From an uncultured archaeon (lineage in GTDB: Archaea; Thermoplasmatota; Poseidoniia; MGIII; CG-Epi1), in contig CAZYZI010000001.1 in assembly GCA_964651915.1 (NCBI GenBank), positions 1 through 62,971 of the forward strand: a DNA stretch of 62,971 bases, in the 5' to 3' direction. Shown piece after piece: positions 16,835-25,493 of this stretch; position 1 is the first letter of the stretch, and each line of letters begins with the position of its first letter. The notes under the pieces are model-generated. The model was not told the DNA's origin, searched no databases, and saw only the letters and a list, made by a program, of their open reading frames with translations. Both the position numbers and the translations under genes were made by a program.

Positions 16835-19080
16835 ATAAAAAGATTTTGAGTTTGGGATTTCTTGTAGCAATTCTTTTGGCTGTAACTGCATTCCCAACTG
16901 GCAATAGTTTACCAACGGGAATAGAAGATCCAAATATGGTAGCAAATGGTTGTACCTGCCATACTACGGGACCTATGTCCTCTGATGTTGTTATTAATTT
17001 AACTACTTTACCTGAAAAATATAACGCAAGCCAAGTTTACACATTTACTCTAATAATATCAGGAGGAACTGAACCTACAGAGGATGCTAATCAAGGTGGT
17101 TTCTTTATCTCTGCAAGTTATGGAACTTTAAACTCCACAGACAATACAACACAGAAACCTGAAGGAGAAACTCATCTAACACACAATGAATTTGGGAATA
17201 ACTTCAGAGAATGGTCATTCAATTGGACTGCTCCAGAATCGGATTCAAAAGTGGCTGTTTTCACTGTTTATGGTAATTCTGTAAATGGAAATGCAGGTGG
17301 AACTGACGGTGCTTCTGGAGATTATTGGAATAAAGCTGAATTCAAAGTTGCTGGAGTAAATGCACAAATTGTGGCTGAACAAGAAGAAATGTCAATGCCA
17401 CAAAAAATGGTATATGCTTTTACTGTATTATTCTTAACACTCTGCACTGTAGTTGTTGGAAATAGAATGGTTGTAGATGATAAATCTTTCGAAGATGTAA
17501 TGAAAGATTATTGGGATGCAGTTTATCCTTGGTTAACAACAACTGATCACAAATATATTGGAACCTTATACATCTGCACTGGCTTTGGTTTCTTTTTCAT
17601 TGGCGGAATTTTAGGTTTATTAATTCGATTACAACTTTTTGAATCAGATAGTGATTTCTTAACTTATGAAGAATATAATTCTACATTTACTATGCATGGC
17701 ACAACTATGATTTTCCTAGCTGCTATGCCTATCATTTTTGGATTTGCAAATTACCTTATTCCACTTCAACTTGGTGCAAGAGATTTAGCATTTCCTCGAT
17801 TAAATGCATTAAGTTATTGGCTTTTGCCAACTGGAGGTATTGTAATCTACATGGGTTACTTTACTGGAGGAGCAGGAGATGTTGGATGGACTGGATATAC
17901 TCCATATGCTTCTAACGATGCTGGCATTACAGGACCAACCAGCCCAGGTACTGATTTCTGGGTAGCTGGACAGATTATGCTTGGTGCGTCATCAACTTTG
18001 ACTGCAATAAATTTCTTGACGACTATGCTACAAATGAGAGCCCCTGGAATGACTTTAATGAGGATGCCTCTTTTCTCATGGTCTATCTTTGTAACTGTTT
18101 TCTTGTTGTTACTATCTATTCCTGTCTTTACTGTTGCACTTATTTTGTTAATGGCTGATAGAACATTTGGTACACTGTACTTTGATGTCAATGCAGGAGG
18201 GGATCCAATATTATGGCAACACTTGTTCTGGTACTTTGGGCACCCTGAGGTTTACATCGTTATTTTACCTGCCTTTGGTGTTCTTTCTGAAATTATTTCT
18301 ACTTTCTCTAGAAGACCTATTTTTGGTTATACTTCAATGGTCTATGCAATGGCTACAATTGGAATTATTTCCTTCATCGTTTATGGACACCATATGTTCA
18401 CAACTGGGGCCGATCCATTATTCCGATTTATTGTTATGTTAACTACTATGTTAGTTGCGGTGCCGACTGGAATTAAAATCTTCAATTGGCTAGCTACTAT
18501 GACAGGGGGATCTATTGTTCTCAAAACACCGATGGTTTTTGCTTTAGGAACTATTATTACATTTACAATAGGTGGTATTACTGGAATTATTTTAGCCGCA
18601 ATACCTGTAAATGTTGCCTTGCATGATGGATACTTTGTAGTTGCTCACTTCCACTATGTACTTGTGGGGGGAACTGTATTTTCCTTCATAGCTGGAGTTT
18701 ACTATTGGTTCCCTAAAATGACTGGAAAAATAATGGATGAAAAATTAGGTTTGCTTCATTTTGCAACCACATTTATTTTCTTTAATGCTGCATTCTATCC
18801 TATGCACAACGTGGGAATTGAAGGAATGCCACGAAGATATGCTACATATGATCCTGAATTTACTGAATTGAATGAATTCATTTCTATTGCTGCATTCTTA
18901 TTTGGATTTGCCCAATTAATATTTATTTACAACGTAATTTATTCTTACAAAAATGGAGAAGATGCTGATGATAATCCATGGGATGGTTGGTCACTTGAAT
19001 GGGCAACTTCGTCACCTCCTCCACATAATAGTTTTGTAGAGATTCCAACATTAAAAATTGCAGAGGAGGGAAAACATTGA
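16831..19080 (+). CDS. coxA: Cytochrome c oxidase subunit I with ~235-aa N-terminal extracytoplasmic domain fusion
   Basis: From TTDHKYIGTLY onward this is canonical haem-copper oxidase subunit I (WFFGHPEVYI-type motif FWYFGHPEVYIV, HHMF, VAHFHYV). Residues 1-235 add a signal/anchor helix, a ~160-aa soluble domain and one extra TM. ATGA overlap with coxB. Confidence 0.92.
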   Translation: MNKKILSLGFLVAILLAVTAFPTGNSLPTGIEDPNMVANGCTCHTTGPMSSDVVINLTTLPEKYNASQVYTFTLIISGGTEPTEDANQGGFFISASYGTLNSTDNTTQKPEGETHLTHNEFGNNFREWSFNWTAPESDSKVAVFTVYGNSVNGNAGGTDGASGDYWNKAEFKVAGVNAQIVAEQEEMSMPQKMVYAFTVLFLTLCTVVVGNRMVVDDKSFEDVMKDYWDAVYPWLTTTDHKYIGTLYICTGFGFFFIGGILGLLIRLQLFESDSDFLTYEEYNSTFTMHGTTMIFLAAMPIIFGFANYLIPLQLGARDLAFPRLNALSYWLLPTGGIVIYMGYFTGGAGDVGWTGYTPYASNDAGITGPTSPGTDFWVAGQIMLGASSTLTAINFLTTMLQMRAPGMTLMRMPLFSWSIFVTVFLLLLSIPVFTVALILLMADRTFGTLYFDVNAGGDPILWQHLFWYFGHPEVYIVILPAFGVLSEIISTFSRRPIFGYTSMVYAMATIGIISFIVYGHHMFTTGADPLFRFIVMLTTMLVAVPTGIKIFNWLATMTGGSIVLKTPMVFALGTIITFTIGGITGIILAAIPVNVALHDGYFVVAHFHYVLVGGTVFSFIAGVYYWFPKMTGKIMDEKLGLLHFATTFIFFNAAFYPMHNVGIEGMPRRYATYDPEFTELNEFISIAAFLFGFAQLIFIYNVIYSYKNGEDADDNPWDGWSLEWATSSPPPHNSFVEIPTLKIAEEGKH

Positions 19081-20009
19081 GTGATAGTCATGACGATCAT
19101 GGACACCATGGTACTATAGCGCCATTTGTATTTTGCATTGGTGCTGCTGTAATGTTTATTGGCCTTGTAATGGCCACTGCTGGAAATGGAGATAATACTG
19201 GAGACTCAGGATACTGGTTTGTTTTCTTCTTAGGTCTTGCAGGACTATTAACTGGATTCTTTTTATGGGTACAAGATTATTGGGATCAAGATTCTGAAGA
19301 AGGTGAAGAAATTGAGGGATATCATGATTTCTGGTCAAGTATTACTACCCGAAAATTTGGTATGTGGATTTTCTTACTGACTGAGGTTATGGTTTTCAGT
19401 ACTCTCTTGAGTGCTTACCTAAGATATCGTGCTGCAGTTCCTGATTATGATTCTGGAATTGATTGCGGATTAGAATTTGAATTGTGCTGGGTTCCTGCTG
19501 CAGATGTTATTAGAAGTCACTTGATTTTTGGTGTTATCAATACTTTTGCTTTACTTCTAAGTAGTTTAACTGTTGTACTAGCACTTTACGCTGCTAAAAA
19601 TAATAATCCAAAAGCTACTACAAGATATCTAATGGTTACTTTCGCATTGGGTGCCCTTTTCTTAATTCTAAAAATATGGGAATGGGGTGAAATGAAAAAT
19701 GGACATTTCTGGGATGCAGAACACTGTGATGTAATGAAACAAGATATAGCACATCATTGTATTGCTCCGAAATATGAGGATGGATTCTGGCTAGATACTA
19801 GTTTAGAAGGCACTACTTTCTACATAACTACTGGAACGCACGGGGCACACGTATTCGTTGGATTAATTGCATTAGTTTACTTAATTGCAAAAGCAAACAA
19901 AGGCGCATACAATGAAAAATATCATGATACAATCGAATTATTCGGTTTGTACTGGCACTACGTGGATGTAGTATGGGTTTTCGTATTCCCATTCTTTTAT
20001 TTGTATTGA
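19077..20009 (+). CDS. coxC: Cytochrome c oxidase subunit III
   Basis: 310 aa, polytopic. C-terminal TGTHGAHVFVGL ... LYWHYVDVVWVFVF is typical of subunit III. TTG start overlaps the coxA stop. Confidence 0.85.
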   Translation: MSDSHDDHGHHGTIAPFVFCIGAAVMFIGLVMATAGNGDNTGDSGYWFVFFLGLAGLLTGFFLWVQDYWDQDSEEGEEIEGYHDFWSSITTRKFGMWIFLLTEVMVFSTLLSAYLRYRAAVPDYDSGIDCGLEFELCWVPAADVIRSHLIFGVINTFALLLSSLTVVLALYAAKNNNPKATTRYLMVTFALGALFLILKIWEWGEMKNGHFWDAEHCDVMKQDIAHHCIAPKYEDGFWLDTSLEGTTFYITTGTHGAHVFVGLIALVYLIAKANKGAYNEKYHDTIELFGLYWHYVDVVWVFVFPFFYLY

Positions 20010-20016
20010 GGTAAAG

Positions 20017-20397
20017 ATGAGTGAAGAAACAGATTCCGAGCACGCACATGACGAACACCATGACCACTCTTTCCCTGTATGGGTTACACTTGGTCACACT
20101 GACAATCCAATAGAGGCATTCATCAAAATATTTGCATGGTTAGTCCTTTGGACACTTTTAGAAGTAGGTGCAATTTTGAAAGAGTTTTCTTTCGAAGTCA
20201 CCATGGTTATCTTATTTGGTATTGCGGCCATCAAATGCTGGTTTATTGGTTCTTTCTTCATGCACATGACTTGGGATCCACCATTAGTCAATAGAACTGC
20301 CGCCGTTCCTGTCTTTTTCTTAATTGTATTATTTTTAGCTGTAGGACTAACAACTCCTGGAGCTGTTGATGATTGGAAAACCCTTTGTGGTTTCTAA
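20017..20397 (+). CDS. Small oxidase subunit (prokaryotic cytochrome oxidase subunit IV-like)
   Basis: 126 aa with 3 TM helices and a His-rich N-terminus. Position directly after coxC and the KCWFIGSFFMHM helix resemble the bacterial CoxD/CtaF-type family. Moderate confidence. Confidence 0.55.
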   Translation: MSEETDSEHAHDEHHDHSFPVWVTLGHTDNPIEAFIKIFAWLVLWTLLEVGAILKEFSFEVTMVILFGIAAIKCWFIGSFFMHMTWDPPLVNRTAAVPVFFLIVLFLAVGLTTPGAVDDWKTLCGF

Positions 20398-20939
20398 GAA
20401 ATATAAATAAATAATCCAAACATTGTCAAAAGAAAATAAGGAACTAATACTGCAGCTCCGTCATAATCCTTAGACATTCTTTGACCTATCATCAATATGG
20501 ACAAGGATATTCCAGCTAAAATAAGTCCAATTATTCCATAAGATTTTTCACCATAAAATAAAACCATCAATCCTCCAAACGATGATGCTAAACCTGAAAG
20601 AACTTCAAATATTGTAACTTGAATTAAGCCAAATGTTGAAAAGTTAGCTAAAGGTGTTTTTGCAAACTTTTCCGTCATAAAATCTAATTCTCCTTCCCAA
20701 TTGAATATTTTATCAAAACCAGACTGCGTCATTACTATCCCCATAAAGCCCGAAATAAACGACGCGATAATATGCATGTAACTAAATTCATAGTCGAGAA
20801 AAACTAAACTTTCATCTCCAAATCCTAACAAAGTCATATTCCCTAATGAATAAATGGGTATTTGGCTCTTACTAAAGAAGAAGTTTAACATCGTGGTAAA
20901 TAGAGGCATAGGTCCAATCTGTACCTCTCCAAAGTACAC
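20394..20939 (-). CDS. DoxX-like small membrane protein (tentative)
   Basis: 4 hydrophobic helices. As drawn the N-terminus overlaps the upstream gene by 68 nt; the true start is probably an internal Met (for example at 20837). Confidence 0.4.
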   Translation of the reverse strand: MYFGEVQIGPMPLFTTMLNFFFSKSQIPIYSLGNMTLLGFGDESLVFLDYEFSYMHIIASFISGFMGIVMTQSGFDKIFNWEGELDFMTEKFAKTPLANFSTFGLIQVTIFEVLSGLASSFGGLMVLFYGEKSYGIIGLILAGISLSILMIGQRMSKDYDGAAVLVPYFLLTMFGLFIYIS

Positions 20940-22317
20940 GAATATCGCCCTTTTGGTCTATTATGTACAACCTAGATGAGTGACTTACTCCATAACTTTT
21001 TACAACTTCTTCTTCAAGCTCATAATTCAATGCTGAAGTAATAATTCCAAACATATCACTATCTGTTACATGCCCCAATCTCCAATGGTACAAATTTTCA
21101 AGAATAATATCCATTTGTTCGGTTATATCTTGGGTTACCGTATAATTTGTAACCATCTCAACCAAACTATCATATGATTTAGTTCCAGAAGAAACGTTCA
21201 CAATTTGCGCTTCGCCAGTTTCCATATCGCCTTCTAAAAGAACCCAACTTGGATAACCGCTCAATCCAAAACTAGACTTTAATATTTCATCTTCATCGTA
21301 AAGATAAGTCCAAGATGCGTTATGTTGCGAAACAAAATTTTGTATCTCGCTCAAATTATCTTTATTTCCACTAAGGCTATATCCTCCTACTGAAATTATA
21401 TTAACTTCAGAAGAATAATTTGAATGGAATTTTTCTAAAGCCGGCATTTGAGTGTTACAATGACCACAATCTGTGTGGAAAAATTCAAGTAATGTAAGAT
21501 TAGTATTATAATAATCTGTAGATTTATGTGCTGTGTTATTAATATCATTAATAGCCCAATAAGGTCCAAACATTTCTGAAATATAAGCATCTAAAGTACT
21601 CATTGCATCTTCTTCATCGGCCAAACCATTTGCATTTAGTAGAGACCAAGCATCAAGAACTTGAATCATGTCGTGTTCCATACTTCCTTCCGCAAACGTT
21701 AGATTACCTAAATCATAATCTGGATCTGGAATACATGTATCTACATTCCATTCATCCTGAATATAGCCTGGATTGCAATGGCATCCTTCGTAACCCTCCA
21801 TATAGTGCCCTTCACCTGAACATGCTTCTTCATCAATTAAAACTTGGACTTTGTAATTAGACCACATAGCTTGCATGTGGCTATCTGGAAATGTTGAATT
21901 AACCGTTAAGAATTGCCATGATGCATTATAATTTGTTGAAAAAGTAGCTAATCTCTCTTGAGTATCTCTCTCAGGATCAACAGTTACACTAAGGAAAACT
22001 ACGGATTCCCCATAGTCCTCACCAAGTTCTTCAGCTAATTTCTTCATTTGATAAGTTATTGCAGGACATACATCAGGACAATGCGTATAAACAAAAGTCA
22101 TAACTACTATTTTACCTTCAAATTGAGTTAAATTAACTGTATCTCCATATTGATCTAATAATACAAAAGGAGGTGCTGGATTATCAGGACAATCTGAAAG
22201 TTCTTCATTACAATCGTCTCCCCAAAAACCACTAGAATTGGAATCTAAAGAATCAAGACAGCCAGATGATAAAAAAAGAATGGTGATTATTACTGCTAAA
22301 TGTCCCTGAAATTTCAT
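20872..22317 (-). CDS. Lipoprotein: Sco1/SenC copper chaperone domain fused to a TlpA/ResA-like thioredoxin domain
   Basis: Lipobox LSSGC. Sco motif FVYTHCPDVCP plus VTVDPERDT. A Cys-rich linker is followed by a second thioredoxin fold with FFHTDCGHCNTQMP. Confidence 0.85.
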   Translation of the reverse strand: MKFQGHLAVIITILFLSSGCLDSLDSNSSGFWGDDCNEELSDCPDNPAPPFVLLDQYGDTVNLTQFEGKIVVMTFVYTHCPDVCPAITYQMKKLAEELGEDYGESVVFLSVTVDPERDTQERLATFSTNYNASWQFLTVNSTFPDSHMQAMWSNYKVQVLIDEEACSGEGHYMEGYEGCHCNPGYIQDEWNVDTCIPDPDYDLGNLTFAEGSMEHDMIQVLDAWSLLNANGLADEEDAMSTLDAYISEMFGPYWAINDINNTAHKSTDYYNTNLTLLEFFHTDCGHCNTQMPALEKFHSNYSSEVNIISVGGYSLSGNKDNLSEIQNFVSQHNASWTYLYDEDEILKSSFGLSGYPSWVLLEGDMETGEAQIVNVSSGTKSYDSLVEMVTNYTVTQDITEQMDIILENLYHWRLGHVTDSDMFGIITSALNYELEEEVVKSYGVSHSSRLYIIDQKGDIRVLWRGTDWTYASIYHDVKLLL

Positions 22318-22327
22318 TTCTTAATTC

Positions 22328-22933
22328 CTATTTGTATTTCTCAATTTCCTTAGATAAATCCTCGTATGACATTTTACCACTGTGAGTGAATACGATTTCA
22401 CCATCTTTAATGAGAGCCATAGACGGATATGAAGAAAAACCATAATCTCTCATCAATTCTCCGTTATTATCATACAAATGAGGCCATGATAAGGTATATT
22501 TGAACTTAAAACTTGCAATATCACTTTTACTATCAACTTTATTACTTCCTAATTTGTAACCACCAATAGAAAACATATCTATCTCTGTTGAATAATTAGA
22601 ATATATGTCTTTCAAAGCACCTGTTTGCTCCTGACAATGTGGGCATTCTGTATGGAAAAATTCAACAAAAGTCAATTTTCCATTATTGTAATAATCACCT
22701 GATTTGTAAGTTTCTCCAGTTTCTGCTTCTTCCAATTCCCATTCATCTGCATTTGGAGTTCCTAATTCATAGAAAAATCCAAAATAAACTGCTGTGATTA
22801 GAATTACAGATACTGCAATAGGGACGCCTATACTCCACAAATTATCATTAAATGCTTCGCGTCTTGCTTCCATTTTGGAAGAAGCTGCTTGGGCTGCTTT
22901 CATTTCCAACTTACGTTTTCGTTTAGATGCCAT
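22328..22933 (-). CDS. Membrane-anchored TlpA-like thiol:disulfide oxidoreductase
   Basis: Single N-terminal TM helix, then a thioredoxin fold with FFHTECPHCQEQTGALK (CxxC). Paralogous to the C-terminal half of the previous protein. Confidence 0.8.
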   Translation of the reverse strand: MASKRKRKLEMKAAQAASSKMEARREAFNDNLWSIGVPIAVSVILITAVYFGFFYELGTPNADEWELEEAETGETYKSGDYYNNGKLTFVEFFHTECPHCQEQTGALKDIYSNYSTEIDMFSIGGYKLGSNKVDSKSDIASFKFKYTLSWPHLYDNNGELMRDYGFSSYPSMALIKDGEIVFTHSGKMSYEDLSKEIEKYK

Positions 22934-23408
22934 TACTTCCTCCTATGAACTCCTTAAGCGAACTTCCATAAGTCCTAAGGGCAAAAAAGGTTGCTGCCAA
23001 AGTTAAACCAAAAGCTACCAAACAAAATGGACACCATTGTTCAATGATAAATGCCTCTACATATGTCAAATAAGTACCAAAAACAGATCCTATCAATCCA
23101 GTTACAGGTAATAGAATTGTATTGTAATATGTTCTTTCCAAATCCATATTGAGATATCTATCTAAAGATAAAACAAATAATCCAACAAAACCAACAACTC
23201 CCAACCAAGCGACAGGTATACCTACCAGTTTAGCTTGATCGCTAGCTAACACAACACCACAATCTAATCCAGGAAGACTCTGTGTTGGGCATCCGCCTCC
23301 TCCTGCAACAAGATGATGCAAATAAGATAAGTAAATAGAATCTATCAAACCAACGATTGATAAAATCATAATTATTCTTAGAGTTCTATCTTCCTGTTCG
23401 GCCTCCAT
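22923..23408 (-). CDS. Vitamin K epoxide reductase (VKOR) family protein
   Basis: 4-5 TM helices, loop cysteines GGGCPTQSLPGLDCGVVLAS, and the redox CxxC at a helix start (WCPFCL). Overlaps the thioredoxin gene by 11 nt. Confidence 0.8.
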   Translation of the reverse strand: MEAEQEDRTLRIIMILSIVGLIDSIYLSYLHHLVAGGGGCPTQSLPGLDCGVVLASDQAKLVGIPVAWLGVVGFVGLFVLSLDRYLNMDLERTYYNTILLPVTGLIGSVFGTYLTYVEAFIIEQWCPFCLVAFGLTLAATFFALRTYGSSLKEFIGGSNGI

Positions 23409-23496
23409 GTTTCTAATAAAATAAAGTCATATAAAAAACGTTTGACCGGACCAAATCATTTATTGGACTGTTCTAATGGGGTAAAAGTGATGTTCC

Positions 23497-24471
23497 ATGC
23501 ATGGACCTAATGAAGGCGTTAGTGAAGAAACTGATGAAGCAAACTCTGCTGTAAAAATAGTCGGAGGCAACGTTTTCGTAGAACTTGATCCCGATCACCC
23601 TGGATTCAAAGATGAGGGCTATAGAGCCAGAAGAAATGAAATTGCAAAAATCGCAATGGAATGGAATGAAATGTCTATGGAAGAAAGAAGGACAACGAAA
23701 ATACCTCATGCCCCCTATTCTGAAGGTGAGGATGCTGTATGGGCTGCAATTATGGAAAGAATTACTCCAGTTCATAAAAAACATGCATGCAAAGCATATC
23801 TAGACAATGCAAAAAAATTAGGATTACCTAATGATAGAATACCTCAATTGCAAGAAGTTAGTGAAACATTAGAAGAAATGACTGGATTTAGACAGGAACC
23901 AGTTGGAGGACTAGTACATCCAAAAACATTTCACACAGCGTTGGCAAACAAAGTCTTTCTTTCAACTCAATACATTAGACATTCTTCAAGACCATTCTAT
24001 ACTCCTGAGCCTGATGTTGTACACGAACTAGTAGGACATACTGCAATGCTGGGTGTTCCTGAATGGGCTGAATTGAATGTATTATTTGGCAAAGCAGATA
24101 TGCGTACGGAAAGTGAAGCAGCCATAAATCGATTAGGTTCTGTATATTGGTATGTAATGGAATTTGGAGCATGTCTTGAAAATGGTGTAGTCAAATCAGT
24201 AGGTCCCGGATTACTATCCTCATTTGGAGAAATGGAGCATGCTTGTACTGGAGGTGAGGAGTGTGGAAACAATGAAGCTTGTGTCTGTAATCCTAAAATT
24301 GGATATCTTACACCAAATTTCGAAGAGATGGAAACTAGACCTTATGATGTTACCAAATATCAGCCTGTCTTGTATGTTTGGGATTCTTTTGAGGAAATGT
24401 ATGAGAAAACAAAAGAATTTGTCTTGAACTGGGGAACTGATAATGATCCTCTCAAAGATTTACATCAATAA
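23497..24471 (+). CDS. phhA: Phenylalanine-4-hydroxylase (pterin-dependent aromatic amino acid hydroxylase)
   Basis: DPDHPGFKDEGYRARRNEIA and PEPDVVHELVGHTAML (iron-binding 2-His), then YWYVMEFG and GPGLLSSFGE. Carries a Cys-rich insertion near the C-terminus. Confidence 0.88.
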   Translation: MHGPNEGVSEETDEANSAVKIVGGNVFVELDPDHPGFKDEGYRARRNEIAKIAMEWNEMSMEERRTTKIPHAPYSEGEDAVWAAIMERITPVHKKHACKAYLDNAKKLGLPNDRIPQLQEVSETLEEMTGFRQEPVGGLVHPKTFHTALANKVFLSTQYIRHSSRPFYTPEPDVVHELVGHTAMLGVPEWAELNVLFGKADMRTESEAAINRLGSVYWYVMEFGACLENGVVKSVGPGLLSSFGEMEHACTGGEECGNNEACVCNPKIGYLTPNFEEMETRPYDVTKYQPVLYVWDSFEEMYEKTKEFVLNWGTDNDPLKDLHQ

Positions 24472-24837
24472 TTAATCTTCTTTGTAGGCATATTCTTTCA
24501 ATTTTTCTAGAGATACCATCTCTAAAGCAGATTCATGAGTTGCCTCAAGAACTACTTTAGGAGCCATTTCAGAATCATATGCTTCAACCCATCGAGACAA
24601 ACAAAGACACCATCTATCTCCATCCTTTAAACCTGAAAAACCCGGACCTGGAGTACTAAGATCATTTCCTGCGCCTTTAGAAAAGGCCAAAAAAACATCA
24701 GTCATTACTACGCAAACAACATGTCTTCCAAAATCACGATTATCTGTATTACAACAACCATCACGAAACCAACCTGTCATTGGATCTGTAGAACATGGCT
24801 CAAGCTTACCGCCTAAGACATTAATTGACTCTTCCAT
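24472..24837 (-). CDS. DUF2237-family protein
   Basis: NVLGGKLEPCSTDPMTGWFRDGCCNT ... GDRWCLCLSRW matches the conserved Cys pattern of DUF2237. Confidence 0.7.
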   Translation of the reverse strand: MEESINVLGGKLEPCSTDPMTGWFRDGCCNTDNRDFGRHVVCVVMTDVFLAFSKGAGNDLSTPGPGFSGLKDGDRWCLCLSRWVEAYDSEMAPKVVLEATHESALEMVSLEKLKEYAYKED

Positions 24838-25055
24838 TATTTCTCTCGATTTTCTCGAAGATTATCTATTATTGTAAAAGCGAGGGCTGCTCTCTCATTA
24901 CGTGAAAAATCAGATTCTAGTTTATCTATTATAGATTTAATTTTTTTAGAAGATTCTGGATCCTCTTCTGTTAGTTTCTTTGCATGTTCCATTTGGGCTT
25001 CATTTATGCAATAAACTGAATCTCCACCAAGTATAGAAATTGGACTAAGAACCAT
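24837..25055 (-). CDS. Small hypothetical protein
   Basis: 72-aa ORF tightly packed in a same-strand gene string. No recognisable motif. Confidence 0.4.
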   Translation of the reverse strand: MVLSPISILGGDSVYCINEAQMEHAKKLTEEDPESSKKIKSIIDKLESDFSRNERAALAFTIIDNLRENREK

Positions 25056-25057
25056 AT

Positions 25058-25417
25058 TTATACTGAAAATCCTGTATCGACATTAGGGGCAGGGTCACCA
25101 GTACTGAAACTAGAACCACAACCACACGAACCTTTAGCATTAGCATTTGTAAGTCTAAAACCAGGCTCTATCAAATCATCTGAAAAATCAATTGTAAGGC
25201 CGTCCAAAAAGACTGAACTTACCTTATCTGAAACAATACGAAGTTTATTATCAGAATAATAAACATCGTCTACTGAATTCATGTTATCATCTAACACGGC
25301 GTCGTAAGTATTTCCAGAACAACCTCCTGACCTGACTCCTATACGTAAAAAAACTTCTTCTGATATTCCCATATCGTAAAGTTTCGATTTTGCCTTTTCA
25401 GTCACCTTAATATCCAT
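25058..25417 (-). CDS. Iron-sulfur cluster insertion protein (IscA/HesB/ErpA family)
   Basis: GGCSG in the N-terminal half and C-terminal CGCGSSF, the three-Cys signature of A-type carriers. Confidence 0.85.
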   Translation of the reverse strand: MDIKVTEKAKSKLYDMGISEEVFLRIGVRSGGCSGNTYDAVLDDNMNSVDDVYYSDNKLRIVSDKVSSVFLDGLTIDFSDDLIEPGFRLTNANAKGSCGCGSSFSTGDPAPNVDTGFSV

Positions 25418-25493
25418 AATATTCTTAATTTGATGTAGATTTAATAGTTACTGTATACTATAATCGTATAAAGAAGCCAAAAATAGGCTCGTT

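Noticed and set aside
16951-16962. C-T-C-H in the CoxA N-terminal domain as a possible haem-c attachment site.
   Set aside because: Covalent haem-c sites are C-x2-C-H, with rarer variants having 3, 4 or more intervening residues, or a single-Cys form. A one-residue spacer is not an established haem-c motif. I therefore do not call this a cytochrome c domain and flag it only as a possible metal or cofactor ligand pair.
21720-21830. An EGF-like C-x-C-x2-G-Y-x(n)-C string (CHCNPGYIQDEWNVDTC) in the linker of the Sco-thioredoxin protein.
   Set aside because: The spacing after the aromatic residue (9 residues) falls outside the usual EGF signature, and only part of the six-Cys pattern is present. 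It is more likely a lineage-specific disulfide-stapled linker.
23473-23784. 103-aa minus-strand ORF overlapping the start of phhA, plus ORFs at 23585..23803, 23975..24272 and 24224..24427.
   Set aside because: They overlap the well-supported hydroxylase frame and have no motifs. The intergenic promoter region upstream would be left without a gene partner if the minus-strand ORF were real.
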